Position numbers and translations under genes: made by a program. A DNA stretch of 63,805 nt, filler included, from Octopus bimaculoides (taxonomy: Eukaryota): the NCBI RefSeq assembly GCF_001194135.2. It is 7 parts of 6 records of this genome, joined end to end, with 100 filler letters (N's around TTAATTAATTAA, not from the genome) between each part and the next. Parts side by side here need not be neighbours in the genome. Positions count along the whole stretch, not along the records: positions 41,419 to 53,921 come from NC_068985.1; positions 54,022 to 56,915 come from NW_026419666.1; positions 57,016 to 62,500 come from NC_068985.1; positions 62,601 to 63,805 come from NW_026347827.1; 3 more parts are not named here. One strand, given 5' to 3'. Below are positions 52,137-63,805 of this stretch, one piece after another. The notes under the pieces are model-generated. The model was not told the DNA's origin and did not search any database. It worked only from the letters and a program-made list of their open reading frames with translations. Numbering within the stretch: position 1 is the stretch's first letter; every line of letters begins with the position of its first letter.

Positions 52137-54094
52137 TATTACTATTTACGGCAGTGAGTTTGCTGAATCGTTAGTACACCGGGTGAAATGCCAAGCGATA
52201 TTTCGTCTGCCGTTACGTTATGATTTCAAATTTCGCCGAGGTCGACTTTGCCTTTTATCCTTTAGGGGTCGACAAATTAAGTACCAGTAAAACACTGGGG
52301 TCGATAAAATCTACAAGTCCTCACCCCACAAATTTGAGGTCTTGTGCCTCCAGTACAAAGGATTATTATTATTACTATTTAGAGGGCGAGAGATTGCGTC
52401 CTGTAAATTCTGCTCTCACAATTGGCCACCACTTTTAAATCTAGTGACCTGCTGTCGTTAAAAAGTGATCCTATTTCCAAGCCAAGTCAATGCTACGCTC
52501 ATTTACATCATTGACCCTCACCACCGATATGTTGGACATCTTCTACAGTTCTATATGTACTGATTTGATTTTGAAAGAACTTTGATAAGAATTGTACAGC
52601 AAAAGAATTGTACAGCAAACAAATACAAAAATCGCCATGATAGGTTAGGATAATTTGATAAAAATTGTACAGCAAAAGTTTTCTAACTCTTGGCGTGATC
52701 CTAACTAGATGTCTATCTTGTACTGCTTGGAGGAAAGCTGGTCAACGTCCCTCTGTCATTGCATGTGTTTTCTTTCTGTTTTTAGCAATATCTACTGATT
52801 CGGCTTTCTTCTTTCCGCTACCCTCTGGGTACACTTGGCTCAGAATTGCAGTTGGGGCCAGAAGAGCTGCTTAAAAATATGCCTGATAAAAGGATACCAC
52901 GCTTGCCGTTTACCTCTACAGATGTCACAGTCTCAACACTTACGAGTGTATTATTAACCAAGGCACCATAATGAAGATTATAAGATGGTGAATAATGAAG
53001 AAAAACAGTGTCAGCAATAATGTAGAAGAAATTCTGTCAAGGAGACGAAGAGGGAAGAGCGTGTTGAGGTGAAATTTAACTGAAAGATATTTGCATATCA
53101 TGGCTAGAGTGGGAAAGAAAGATGAATGAGGTTAGGGGCGAAGTAGAAATGGAAAAGGAAATGCAAGAAGGAGAGGAAGGGAGGAGAAGATAGAGAAAAT
53201 GCAGTATAAAAGTTGTAGTGACATTTCATTTCGGTCTTGCGCCAGAGAATGTAATAAACAGTTCAGCGGAAATGGTGTGCTGGGAACAATGTTTAGTTGA
53301 TCAACAATATGGCTGAGGGAAACTACCTCAGGGGAGCGGCCCTGCATATTATATTCAAATACCGTGGGGGTCTCTCACATGTGCAATACAGTGAAAGGAT
53401 AAAATTTCGACCAGCTAACATTATCTAAGCAATTAATAGGGAAAGACTCCCTTTGTCAGAAATCTAAAAACAATAAGTAAATGCCTTCGGTCGATGAGCT
53501 TCTCGGATTTAGAAATCAGTTTTTCTGTTGAAATATTTTCCTGTTGATTTTAAACGACTGTCAACTTATTGGTTCATCCGTCGCTGTCGACGATGACCAA
53601 GGAGAACAGTATGCCGGCTGTGAGCAATCAGTCTGGTGTGTGCTCGGGAAGCTCTAACATAAGTCGGGCTCTGGTGCTCTGTTGGGATAGAAGACAAGGA
53701 GCTAGGGATCTGTATTAGGCCTCCTGCTAACACGGAAGCCTAATATGTATATGCATATATATGTATTTAGCGTGAGGCATTTGTGTGTACTAATGCCCTT
53801 ATATAAATAAATTAATAAATATATTTATAGGGAACAAACGATGGGTTTTTCCCTTATGAGATTTTTTTCACGCTAACTGCTTGATAAATTCTTACAAAGA
53901 ATTTATCCTATTATATATATANNNNNNNNNNNNNNNNNNNNNNNNNNNNNNNNNNNNNNNNNNNNTTAATTAATTAANNNNNNNNNNNNNNNNNNNNNNN
54001 NNNNNNNNNNNNNNNNNNNNNATTATCATATATATATTTGATAATAATAGTTTTTTTCTGTTACAGATACAAGGCCTATGGTACAAAGTATCCT

Positions 54095-54698
54095 TTCTAC
54101 TATAGGCACAAGGTCTGAAATTTGGGGGAAGGGGTTACTCGAACATATTGACACCAGTGTTCAACTGGTACTCCTTTTATCGACCCCGAAAGGATGAAAG
54201 GTAAAGTCGAACTCGGCGGAGTTTGAACACAAAACGTAAAGACGGGCGAAATGCCGCTAAGCATTTTGTCCGTCAGCTCGCAACATTGGCTATGATGATA
54301 ATGATCTTTTCTACTAAAAGCACAAGACCTTAAATTTGGGGAAGGGCATAGTCGATTGTATGGAGCCCATAGCTCATATAGTACTTATTTTATGGATTCC
54401 AAAAAGATAAAAGGCAAAGTCGACCTCGGTGGAATTTGAACTTAGAATTTAAAGACGGACTTGCCCGGAGTGCTAACGATTCTGCCGGCTCACCGCTTTA
54501 GGTTTCAAATTTAGGCACAAGGCCAGCAATTTCGGATAAGTGGGTAAATCGATTACATCGACCCCTGTGCTCAACTGGTACTTTTTTTTATCGAACCCTG
54601 AAATGATGAAGGTAAAATTGAACATAAATACAGACAAAATGCTGCTAAGCATTTTACTTGGTGTGCTAACGATTCTGCCAGCTCGCCGCCTTAATAAC

Positions 54699-54731
<33 letters not shown>

Positions 54732-55505
54732 CCTTTCTATTACAGGCACAAGGCCTGAAATCTGGGGTAGGAGGATAGTCGGTTACATCGATTCTAGTAC
54801 TCAACTGCTATTTAATTTGTCGACCCCGAAAGGATGAATGGTAAAGTCGACTTCAGTGGAATTTGAACTCAGAACGTAGCAATAGACGAAATACCGCTAA
54901 GCATTTCGCCCGGCTTGCTAACGATTCCGCGAACTAGCCGCCCTAATAATAATTGTAATAATTATCTCTACTCTAGGCACAAGGCCTTGAAAATTTTGGG
55001 GCAATGGGGATAGTCAATTACATCGACCCCAGTGCGTAACTGGTACTTATTTCATCGACCCCGAAAGGATGAAAGGCAAAGTCTACCTCGGCAGAATTTG
55101 AACTCAGAACGTAGCAACAGACGAAATACCGCTAAGCATTTCGCCCGGCGTGCTAACGGTTCTGCCAGCTCGCTGTCTTAATAATAATTATAANNNNNNN
55201 NNNAACAGACGAAATACCGCTAAGCATTTCGCCCGGCGTGCTAACGATTCCGCGAACTAGCCGCCCTAATAATAATTGTAATAATTATCTCTACTCTAGG
55301 CACAAGGCCTTGAAAATTTTGGGGCAATGGGGATAGTCAATTACATCGACCCCAGTGCGTAACTGGTACTTATTTCATCGACCCCGAAAGGATGAAAGGC
55401 AAAGTCTACCTCGGCAGAATTTGAACTCAGAACGTAGCAACAGACGAAATACCGCTAAGCATTTCGCCCGGCGTGCTAACGGTTCTGCCAGCTCGCTGTC
55501 TTAAT
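54095..55505 (-). mobile_element. Head-to-tail array of SINE family A copies
   Basis: At least five consecutive copies separated by (AAT)n. The last is duplicated across a 10-N gap. Other minus-strand copies at about 6726-6911, 6925-7100, 15885-16092, 32575-32700 and 40735-40895. Confidence 0.9.
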
Positions 55506-56509
55506 AATAATTATAATAATGAAATCGAGCCAGTTCCATTGAATGTCTTAAGCTGACGTGTCAGCGAACGTGTAGTAATCTTAGGTGCAATCTCTCACAT
55601 AAACTAATATAACTTAAGCTGGCGGAGCTGCATAATTCGGTGGTGTGTTCATTAGAAGAGAACAAAAACAGGTTTGGTTGATGAACTGGGTGGTGGGTGA
55701 AAAATTAAAAAGTCAAACAAAGAATCCCTGAAAAGAGGATAAAGAATGCGTGGGGGCGAATGTCCTTGTCGCAACAGGATTTTGATGGTGTCTGCGGTGG
55801 TGTCGGTGGTGGTAAACGTAGTGGAGTTTTTCACCCGTTTTTACCTTCCCTCCTAAATTTTCTATTCAGTTTAATAAATTATTTAATTTAGTTTTCTATT
55901 ATTTCATTTTGTCTTTCTACTTTTCTTTCATTATTTGTTTAGAGAATTTGTGATAAACTGGGTTGGTGACTGCGGCAAAAAATGGTGAGAGTGAAAGACC
56001 ATGCTCTCAGTATCAGCCTGTAGGTTGGAGAGCATGAGAGAGGGTTCGTATGTTTGGTGATCAGGGTAATCCTGGATCTGTGTGGTTCCTTGATTGGCCC
56101 TAGTAGGAGATTCTCCTGTATAAGGGCTGAATCATTCATGTTATCGCATATTTTCTATACTGTCGCTTCCATTTCTTTCTCCTTAAAATATAAAAAGCCC
56201 CACACAAATTATTGTCTTTCCATGTGATGACCACCTCATCTATGCCCCTGTGGCTAATAAAAGAAATTATCATTCTATTCCACTTTATTATATATTTTTC
56301 TTGCTTATACTTCACCTTCGGTTCTTTCACCCAAACATACATTTATATATGTGGATGTCCTTGTACATATATAAATATGATATACTACATATATATATTA
56401 TAATATTGTATAATCCTTTCCACTATAGGCGCAAGATCTGAAATTGTAGTGGAAATGGCTGATCAACTGGTACTTATTTGGATGTAATAGGGTTGATTTA
56501 ATTTTTGTG

Positions 56510-56780
56510 CACCTCTGAGTAGTGGTTTAGTGGTTAGGGCGTTGGATTTACGATCGTAAGATTGTGGTTTCGGTTCTTGGACCGGGTGGTGCGTTGTTCT
56601 TGAGTAAAACACTTTATTTCACGTTGCTCCAGTACACTAAGATGGCAAAAATGTATCATCCTGCGACAGACCAGCGTCCTGTTCATGTCAGGACTATATA
56701 TGCCACGGAAACTGGGAAATCCGCCCTATGTGTCTATATGAGACGAGAACGATTTTTCTCCTTTAACCTCTCCTTGAATC
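56510..56780 (+). mobile_element. Third tRNA-derived SINE family (CORE-like plus V-domain-like motif)
   Basis: Head gtggtttagtggtta...gtttcggttc, then gttcttgagtaaaacac and cctgcgacagaccagcgtcctgttca. A degenerate relative lies at about 3170-3420. Confidence 0.6.
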
Positions 56781-57015
56781 TGAGTTCGTTACTCTTGTAT
56801 ATATAAGACAGCGAGCTATCAGAATCATCAGCACGCCTGGCAGAACCGTTGTCACGTAGGACAAAATGCTTAGCGACTGAAACAAGTAAAAAAATAAAAG
56901 AGTATATATATATATNNNNNNNNNNNNNNNNNNNNNNNNNNNNNNNNNNNNNNNNNNNNTTAATTAATTAANNNNNNNNNNNNNNNNNNNNNNNNNNNNN
57001 NNNNNNNNNNNNNNN

Positions 57016-58508
57016 AAAATGTGGGAATGAAGGCCCCTATTGGGGGTGGGTGTGTTAATGTCAACCAGAGAAGTTGAATTGTTGGGAATCTTTTTAACTT
57101 GGGCCTTATAGTATGCCTGTATATATGAGAGTATAGTTTCACTTTAATAGTTTTAGTATGAAATTGAAAGTATTAAAGTGAAAGTATTTGAAATTACAGT
57201 AGCGACATGTTATTGTTTCACTTTTGACATGTAATACTGAAATAGTGGAATAGTTTCAGTGTTAAACTGAAAGTATCTGACATTACAGTAGAGTGATGTT
57301 ATTGTTTCACTTTTGACACATAATACTGAAATAGTGGAGGAGATATGATATTACTGCGGGCTTGAACTATGTAAGACGTTAAAAAATTTTTTGGCCTAAG
57401 ACATTACATGCACCCTAAGTAAGGCATGTGTTAATTTGGAATGAAATTGGTTGTTTAGTTCTTGAGTTTTAGGGATTCACACAGACACACATTCTCATCT
57501 TTATATATCTGACATTTATGCGCACATTCCAAAATTCCAGTGTTATGGACCCTGTAAAAAGGATTTTGCTCCTGAAAAATGGAGCTCATGGAGCTGAAAA
57601 ATGTGGGAGTTAAGGCCCCTATTGGGGGTGGGTGTGTTAATGTCAACCAGAGAAGTTAAATTGTTGGGACTCTTTTTAACTTGGGTCTAATATGTATTGT
57701 TTGAATTTCTTTGAAATAGGAAATGTATGTTCACTGGGTTTGTAAAAGAGAGCAAAGCTACAGGAAACCAAAAGACGAATGATCATGATAATCAGTCAGC
57801 TACCCTAACCTAGTCGTTACTACTCCCCAATGTAGGATTCCTCACCATACAGGTGACAGGCACAGCTATACGATGCATTACGGATCTATAGCAATTGGAA
57901 GGGCATGATCCAATTGAAATAACAATGTGTGATGTTTAGAGTAAAGGGAAATGAAAGTGTCACCTCTGGAGTTTGCAAATAACCACTATACCGATAGGTA
58001 ACTGGGCAGAAAAAATTTACAATCAATAAATGTCTTTGAACAACCAGTCACTCATGTGGGAAGGCCTTGAAATCAATGTTACCAACTGGGGACTATGTGT
58101 GACTCAGTGATAATAAAAAGACTGAAAGGAGGTCTGTAACGAAATAATTTTACTCAACACTTTGCAAGTGAATCAGTGGAGGCAAAGATGCATTTCATTT
58201 ACTTGACAATTTATGCACCACATTGCAGAAATCACAATGTAAGTATATCTGAAAGGATAGTCTTACACTGTTGTACCGTTGAATTAGAAATAATGCTCAT
58301 CTGTTATGTTCGGGTGACCCTATAAATTCCAATAGTACAACTGTATTCGTCTTTGCTTAGGAAAAATGATTAAATTTTTACGAAAACAGAACTGGAACCC
58401 TAAGTAAGGCATGTGTAAAATTTGAATGACATTGGTTGTGTAGTTCTCGAGTTTTAGGGATTTACACAAACAAACAGACACACATTCTCATTTTTATATA
58501 TATATTGA
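57016..58508 (-). mobile_element. Helitron-like composite, two related units head-to-tail
   Basis: The 5' module TC-atatata-aaaatgagaatgtgtgtc...aatccctaaaactc...cacatgccttacttaggg starts at 58508 and again at 57512. A block of about 90 bp is shared at 57598-57685 and 57016-57103. The 3' end is lost in a gap. Confidence 0.55.
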
Positions 58509-58535
58509 TATATATATATTATATATATATATAAT

Positions 58536-58582
<47 letters not shown>

Positions 58583-58619
58583 TATATATTTATATAATAT
58601 ACATAGGTGTATACAAAAA

Positions 58620-59015
58620 TAGTGAGTGGTGTTTGACGGGGCACTGTCTTGGGACCACTGCTTTTCATAGTGAGGATAATAATATGTAGTTTAATGCTGA
58701 AAAATTCCAAGCCCTGCACTACCAACATCCAAAACTGAACAGAACTGGTCCACCGGGGATTACAATCCCAGAGCCTAAATCCATGAGGGACCTGGGTATC
58801 AACATGAGTGATGATACCTCTTTGCAAGTGCACATTACCAGGATGGCAACAAAGTGCAGACGACTGACTGGTTGGATCCTGAGAATATTCAGGACCAGAG
58901 AGAAGGAAACTATGATGGTTCTCTGGAGGACATTCGTCCTCAGCTGCTTGGACTACTGCTCCCAGCTATGGTCACCCAGCAGTTTAAAATTAACAGTGGA
59001 TTTTGAAGCAATCAT
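58620..59015 (+). mobile_element. CR1/L2-type LINE RT fragment (C-terminal part, internally deleted)
   Basis: SGV*RGTVLGPLLF ... FNAEKFQAL ... MRDLGINMS ... GWILRIF ... LDYCSQLWSP. Confidence 0.85.
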
Positions 59016-59154
59016 CAGTTGTCAGCTCCTTACAATCTTTGTAGATTAAAGATTAGCAACATTTAAAAATTGAGATATTTCTAAATCCCTATGTTCAGCG
59101 TTTATAACCACAATAACAGCATGCCTCTTCATTTCTTGAGTAAGCTGAGGGTCA

Positions 59155-59189
<35 letters not shown>

Positions 59190-59199
59190 TTGTGCAGAT

Positions 59200-59242
<43 letters not shown>

Positions 59243-59244
59243 CA

Positions 59245-60953
59245 TATCAACATCATCATTTGATATCCACTTTCTATGCTAGCTTGGGTTGGAGGATTTG
59301 ACTGAGGACTGGCTGCACCAGGCTCCAATCTGATCTGGCAGAATTTCTACTGCTGGATGCCCTCCCTAACGCCAATCACTGTGAGTGTAGTGGGTGCTTT
59401 TACGTGCCACCGGCACGAGGGTCAGTCAGGCAGTACTGGCAACGTCCACACTCAAGTGGTGTTTTTACGTGTGACCTGCACAGGAGCCAGTCCAGCGGAA
59501 ATGGCAACAACCTTGCTCAGATGTTTTTTCATGTGCTACCGGCACAAGCGGCAGTAAGGCGACACTGGTAATGAACATGTTTGAATGGTGCTTTTTACGT
59601 GCCACCGGCCTGGAAGCCAGTCAGCTGCTCAGGCAGCGATCAGGCTTGGATGGTGCTCTTAGCGCTCCACTGGCATGGATGCCAGTGATTGAATTTGAAA
59701 AATTGATTTGATTTCACTTGCCTCAACAGGTCTTCACAAGCAGAGTTTAGTGTCCAATGAAAGAAAGGTATGCATAAGTGGGCTGGTTACACCCCTGTTT
59801 TGGTCTCACTTGGCTTACTGGGTCTTCTCACGCACAGCATATTTCCAAAGGTCTCGGTCACTAGTCATTGCCTCGGTGAGGCCTAATGTTTGAAGGTCGT
59901 GCTTCACGACCTCATCCCAGGTCTTCTTGGGTCTACCTCTTCCACAGGTTCCCTCAACCGCTAGGGTGTGGCACTTTTTCATACAGCTATCTTCATCCAT
60001 TCTCACCACGTGACCATACCAGTGCAATTGTCTCTCTTGCACACCACAACTGATGCTTCTTAGGTCCAACTTTTCGCTCAAGGTACTTACACTCTGTCTA
60101 GTATGCACACTGACATTACACATCCATCGGAGCATACTGGTTTCATTCCTTGCGAGCTTACGCATGTCCTCAGCAGTCATGGCCCGTGTTTCACTGCCAT
60201 GTAGCATGGCTGTTTGTACACATGCATCATACAGTCTGCCTTTTACTCTGAGTGAGAGGCCCTTTGTCACCAGCAGAATAAGAGTTTTCTGGACTTTGCC
60301 CAGGTTATTCTTATTCTAGCAGCTACACTTTCAGCGCACCCTCCCCTCCTACTGACTTGGTCACCTATGTAACGGAAGCTATCAACTACTTCTAGTTTTT
60401 CTCCCTTGAATGTGGTGGAAGTTGTTCTCTGCACACTTTCAGTGTTTATTGCTCCTGAGTATCTGCCACATACAAAAACTATCTTGCTGCACCTCTTATG
60501 TGTCCATAGCTTACACTGGGTACATCTTACAGAGTTTCTACCTATACCTTTTCTACAGATCGAACAGGGCCGTCTACCTGAAGGGATTTGTGGTTTGTCT
60601 GCCTTCCTGCTTATTAGGACTTTGGTTTTAGCCAGGTTGACTCTAAGGCCCTTCGATTCTAATCCTTGTTTCCACACCTGAAACTTCTCCTCTGGTTCTG
60701 ATAGTGACTCAGCAATTAGAGCAAGTTCATCAGCATAGATGTGTTCTCAGGGGCATCCTGTCTTGAATTCCTCTGTTATTGCCTGGAGGACTATGATAAA
60801 TAGGAGGGGGCTGAGGACTGAACCTTGGTGGACCCCTACCTCTACCCGGAATTCTTCACTGTACTCGTTGCCAACCCTCACCTTACTGACAGCGTCCCTG
60901 TACATGGCTTGCACAGCTCTCAGTAACCATTCATCTATCCCTAATTTCCTCAA
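59245..60953 (-). mobile_element. 5'-truncated RTE-clade LINE (RT C-half, C-terminal domain, 3' UTR)
   Basis: Translates to GVHQGSVLSPLLF, IYADEL, GLRVNLAKTKV, DSFRYIGD, MLHGSET, RQLHWYGHVVRM and GRGRPKKTW. The 3' UTR ends in ctggatgccctccctaacgcc followed by a (GAT)n-like tail. Stops and frameshifts are present. Confidence 0.93.
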
Positions 60954-61011
60954 ATATATATATATTATATATATGTATGTATATATCTATATCTATGTAT
61001 CTATCTACCTA

Positions 61012-61095
<84 letters not shown>

Positions 61096-61127
61096 ATATA
61101 CACACACACACACTCACATATATATAT

Positions 61128-61625
61128 ATGAGTTTCTTTGCATGTGGTAAACTTCCCAACATGCTAAAAGTGGGTATAATATGCCCTGTCCATAAAGGAG
61201 AGAGCAGAGCAGATGCTAAAATCTACAGGCCCATCTCTCTGATGTCACATGTTAGCAAGACAATGGAATGCATTGTCAGAAAAAGGCTGATCACATTCCT
61301 AGAAGAAAACAACCTTCTCACAAACACACACCATAGCTTGTGTCTCAGGAGGAGCTGCCTCACGCATTTGCCGCACCACTTTGACTGGGTACTGAAATAA
61401 CAGCTAAAGCAGTCAGCTGTAGACGTGATATACCTCAACTTTGCTAATGCCTTCGACAAAGTTGATCATGGTATGATATGTCACAACACTGAAAAACCTT
61501 GATATTACTGGGAGAGTTTCTGAAGGACAGGAGTCAGATAGTTGTAGTCAATTGTGCTCACTTTGAAGAGACACCAATTCTTAGCAGAGTCCCACAGGGA
61601 ACTGTACTGGGGCCACTACTATTAA
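61128..61625 (+). mobile_element. CR1/L2-type LINE RT fragment (N-terminal part)
   Basis: ICPVHKGESRADAKIYRPISLMSHVSKTME ... VDVIYLNFANAFDKVDH ... SRVPQGTVLGPLLL, with a stop and frameshifts. Confidence 0.88.
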
Positions 61626-63052
61626 CCAGCACAAGACTATATCCCTTAACAAAAGAACTAAAAGTGGAAAAATCCTGGTGGCCTAATGATGGAACATGCT
61701 CCCACCTTTTGGAGGGTACAGAATTTCACTTCAAACAAGGTGAAATATTTAAGATAAAGTCAAATTTCACTTGTGCCTCTGAAAACTTAATCTATGTTAT
61801 TACCTACTTAGGTTACGGAAACCACTATACAGGCCAAACATGAATGTTTTTCAGACGAAGAACAACACTTAACAAAGAACAAATCTGCTTCCTACGATAT
61901 AGACAGATGCAGGTCAGTGAGCACATAGAGAGATGTGCTAGGAACCTTAAACCATACTTCCTAATTTTCTCTTTTTATCAATGTTCCAAGAACATCTCAA
62001 TGCAGCAAAGATTAAATAAACAGGCAACTTTAATAAATATCAACCCCAACTTAACATAAACACACAACTTAATACAGACACTACTAACCTTACTAATGCT
62101 AATAATCCCACTAATCCTCATACATCCCATATACCATTCATATTCTATTAATCATATCTACCTTAATTGCATCACTTTCAGAACTGCTTACCTCCCTTGC
62201 ATGCAATCTTTTCACTCGGGTACTATTAGATCTAACACCATTTGGAAATCGGTGTTGATTCAAAGTCAGTGAACAGCAATGACAAAACCGGTATGACTTT
62301 CTATATTGACTCATAATAATGATTTTTATACTTCTTAATTACACCTCAAATCATTTATTTGTATGTATATGTCTTTGTTTTTATAAAAGAAAGCCATTAT
62401 TTCTATACCCAGTATGCATTTTCTTTGTTTCTTTTTACTTTTCCCCTATTTATATCACATATAGTCTTTTTTCTCTGAAACCTGTTTCGATTATATATAG
62501 NNNNNNNNNNNNNNNNNNNNNNNNNNNNNNNNNNNNNNNNNNNNTTAATTAATTAANNNNNNNNNNNNNNNNNNNNNNNNNNNNNNNNNNNNNNNNNNNN
62601 ACATACATACATATATATATATATATATAAATATATTTACATACACACAGGCACAGACCATAAAGCAGATGACTGTTTGATTTGGTTGTAAAAGTACATT
62701 TCTAATCCAAGTTTATGGTCTATCTTTGAGGTACTTAAAGTGATTTTGTGTTTATTTTGGACAGTTCTGTGTTTGAAATACTTTCGTCAAATCTGGATGG
62801 CAATGTTAAGCTGGGTTCAGATTTTACGCTATAAATTGTATTTACGATCATCAAATCATGACATGTTAAGACACGTAAGTGTGTGTGTGTAAGTACATGA
62901 ACATGTATGCATCTGTTCACACATACACACACACACATACACACAGACATATATATATACATATGTGAATATGTATATATATATACACACATGCATACAT
63001 ACATACATACATACATACATACATACATACACATATATATGCCACATTCCAG

Positions 63053-63398
63053 GGAGAAGAACTAGAAGTAGTTGATAGCTTCCATTACCTAGGTGACCAA
63101 ATCAGTAGCTGGGGAGGGTGCGCTGAAAGTGTAGCTGCTAGAATAAGAATAGCCAGGGCAAAGTTCAGAGAGCTCTTACCTCTGCTGGTGACAAAGGGCC
63201 TCTCGCTCAGAGTAAAATGCAGACTGTATAACGCATGTGTACGAACAGCCATGCTACATGGCAGTGAAACATGGGCCATGACTGCTGAGGACATGCGTAA
63301 GCTCGTAAGAAATGAAGCCAGTATGCTCCGATGGATGAGTAATGTCAGTGTGCATACTCGACAGAGTGTAAGTACCTTGAGAGAAAAGTTGGATCTAA
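63053..63398 (+). mobile_element. Fragment of the same RTE family, opposite orientation
   Basis: ELEVVDSFHYLGDQ...TKGLSLRVKCRLYNACVRTAMLHGSETW, nearly identical to 60030-60400 on the minus strand. Confidence 0.9.
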
Positions 63399-63508
63399 TA
63401 CATACATACATGTGTATGTATGTATGTATGTAAGGTTATAAGACAGTGGAGCTAAGAAAAGACTAAAAAATAATATAAAATGAACAACAACAAAATATTT
63501 TGACCTAC

Positions 63509-63715
63509 CTGTATCATGTCTTGTGATAAACTTGACAACTAGTTTGTTTGGAGACAATACCCTTATCCTACCATCAGCACGTGTTTTGATTCTCCTGCCA
63601 TTATGTACCCAATAAATCTTGGGAGATGGTAAGCCACTGGTTTTACACACCAATTCTAAAGTGTCATCCACTGCTAAAATCGTATTACCCATGATGCCAA
63701 GTATTTTTGAAGGCA
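63509..63715 (-). CDS. Internal exon encoding most of an I-set immunoglobulin-like domain (host gene, identity unknown)
   Basis: Strong acceptor ttctcttgcttctgtttcag| before 63715 and donor ACAG|gtaggt after 63509. The exon is 207 bp, phase 1-1 and open: VPSKILGIMGNTILAVDDTLELVCKTSGLPSPKIYWVHNGRRIKTRADGRIRVLSPNKLVVKFITRHDTG. It has the Ig hallmarks LxC, GxPxPxIxW, LxV and DxG. The YxC strand must lie in the next exon. Confidence 0.85.
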
Positions 63716-63805
63716 CTGAAACAGAAGCAAGAGAAAATGGGAATAATTTTAAATGTACACACACACATACATACATACATACAATCATATGTATGTGTAT
63801 ATATA

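Noticed and set aside
52660-53730. Moderately GC-rich islands with short open frames
   Set aside because: No recognisable protein motif or consistent splice-site pair. They could be old TE remnants but cannot be supported.
54095-55505. CRISPR-like repeat-spacer appearance
   Set aside because: The units are about 200-bp SINE copies with microsatellite linkers in a eukaryotic genome. There are no short regular repeats with unique spacers and no cas genes.
54880-55510. Near-exact tandem duplication of about 310 bp
   Set aside because: The two units abut across a 10-N gap, typical of overlapping contig ends or alleles. The same pattern occurs at 530-700.
1333-56560. tRNA-like A/B boxes as functional tRNA genes
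   Set aside because: All continue into SINE bodies and are degenerate. No complete cloverleaf with a terminator was seen.
62192-62300. Minus-strand exon candidate with strong donor GAG|gtaagc (KSYRFCHCC...KRLHARE)
   Set aside because: The only open frame starts in phase 2, lacks G-x-Y-x-C and has a weak acceptor, so it cannot follow the Ig exon. Left unannotated.

Overview
AT-rich, microsatellite-dense eukaryotic genomic DNA with many assembly gaps. The SINE families and repeat landscape point to an octopus genome (inference). Almost all ORFs in the supplied track are artefacts of microsatellites and N-runs. The only well-supported host coding sequence is one minus-strand exon encoding most of an I-set immunoglobulin domain (63509-63715), and a few weaker exon candidates exist. 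The rest is a transposon graveyard. Non-LTR retroelements: about six R4/Dong-type RLE fragments, an RTE LINE whose RT carries a PHD-like zinc finger, CR1-type and Tx1-like fragments, and two Penelope-like RT fragments of different types. DNA transposons: Tc1, maT-type mariner, pogo-type and hAT MITEs, Helitron-like elements, and a two-copy TIR element with 6-bp TSDs and internal telomeric repeats. There are also dozens of tRNA-derived SINE copies. The most interesting non-annotated signals are two minus-strand minimal hammerhead-ribozyme motifs (40982-41031, canonical core; 12458-12496, variant core) of the kind associated with Penelope-like elements and retrozymes. No CRISPR array, rRNA or intact tRNA gene was seen. 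TE boundaries are approximate unless TIRs or TSDs are quoted. Family names are from recalled motifs and were not checked against databases.
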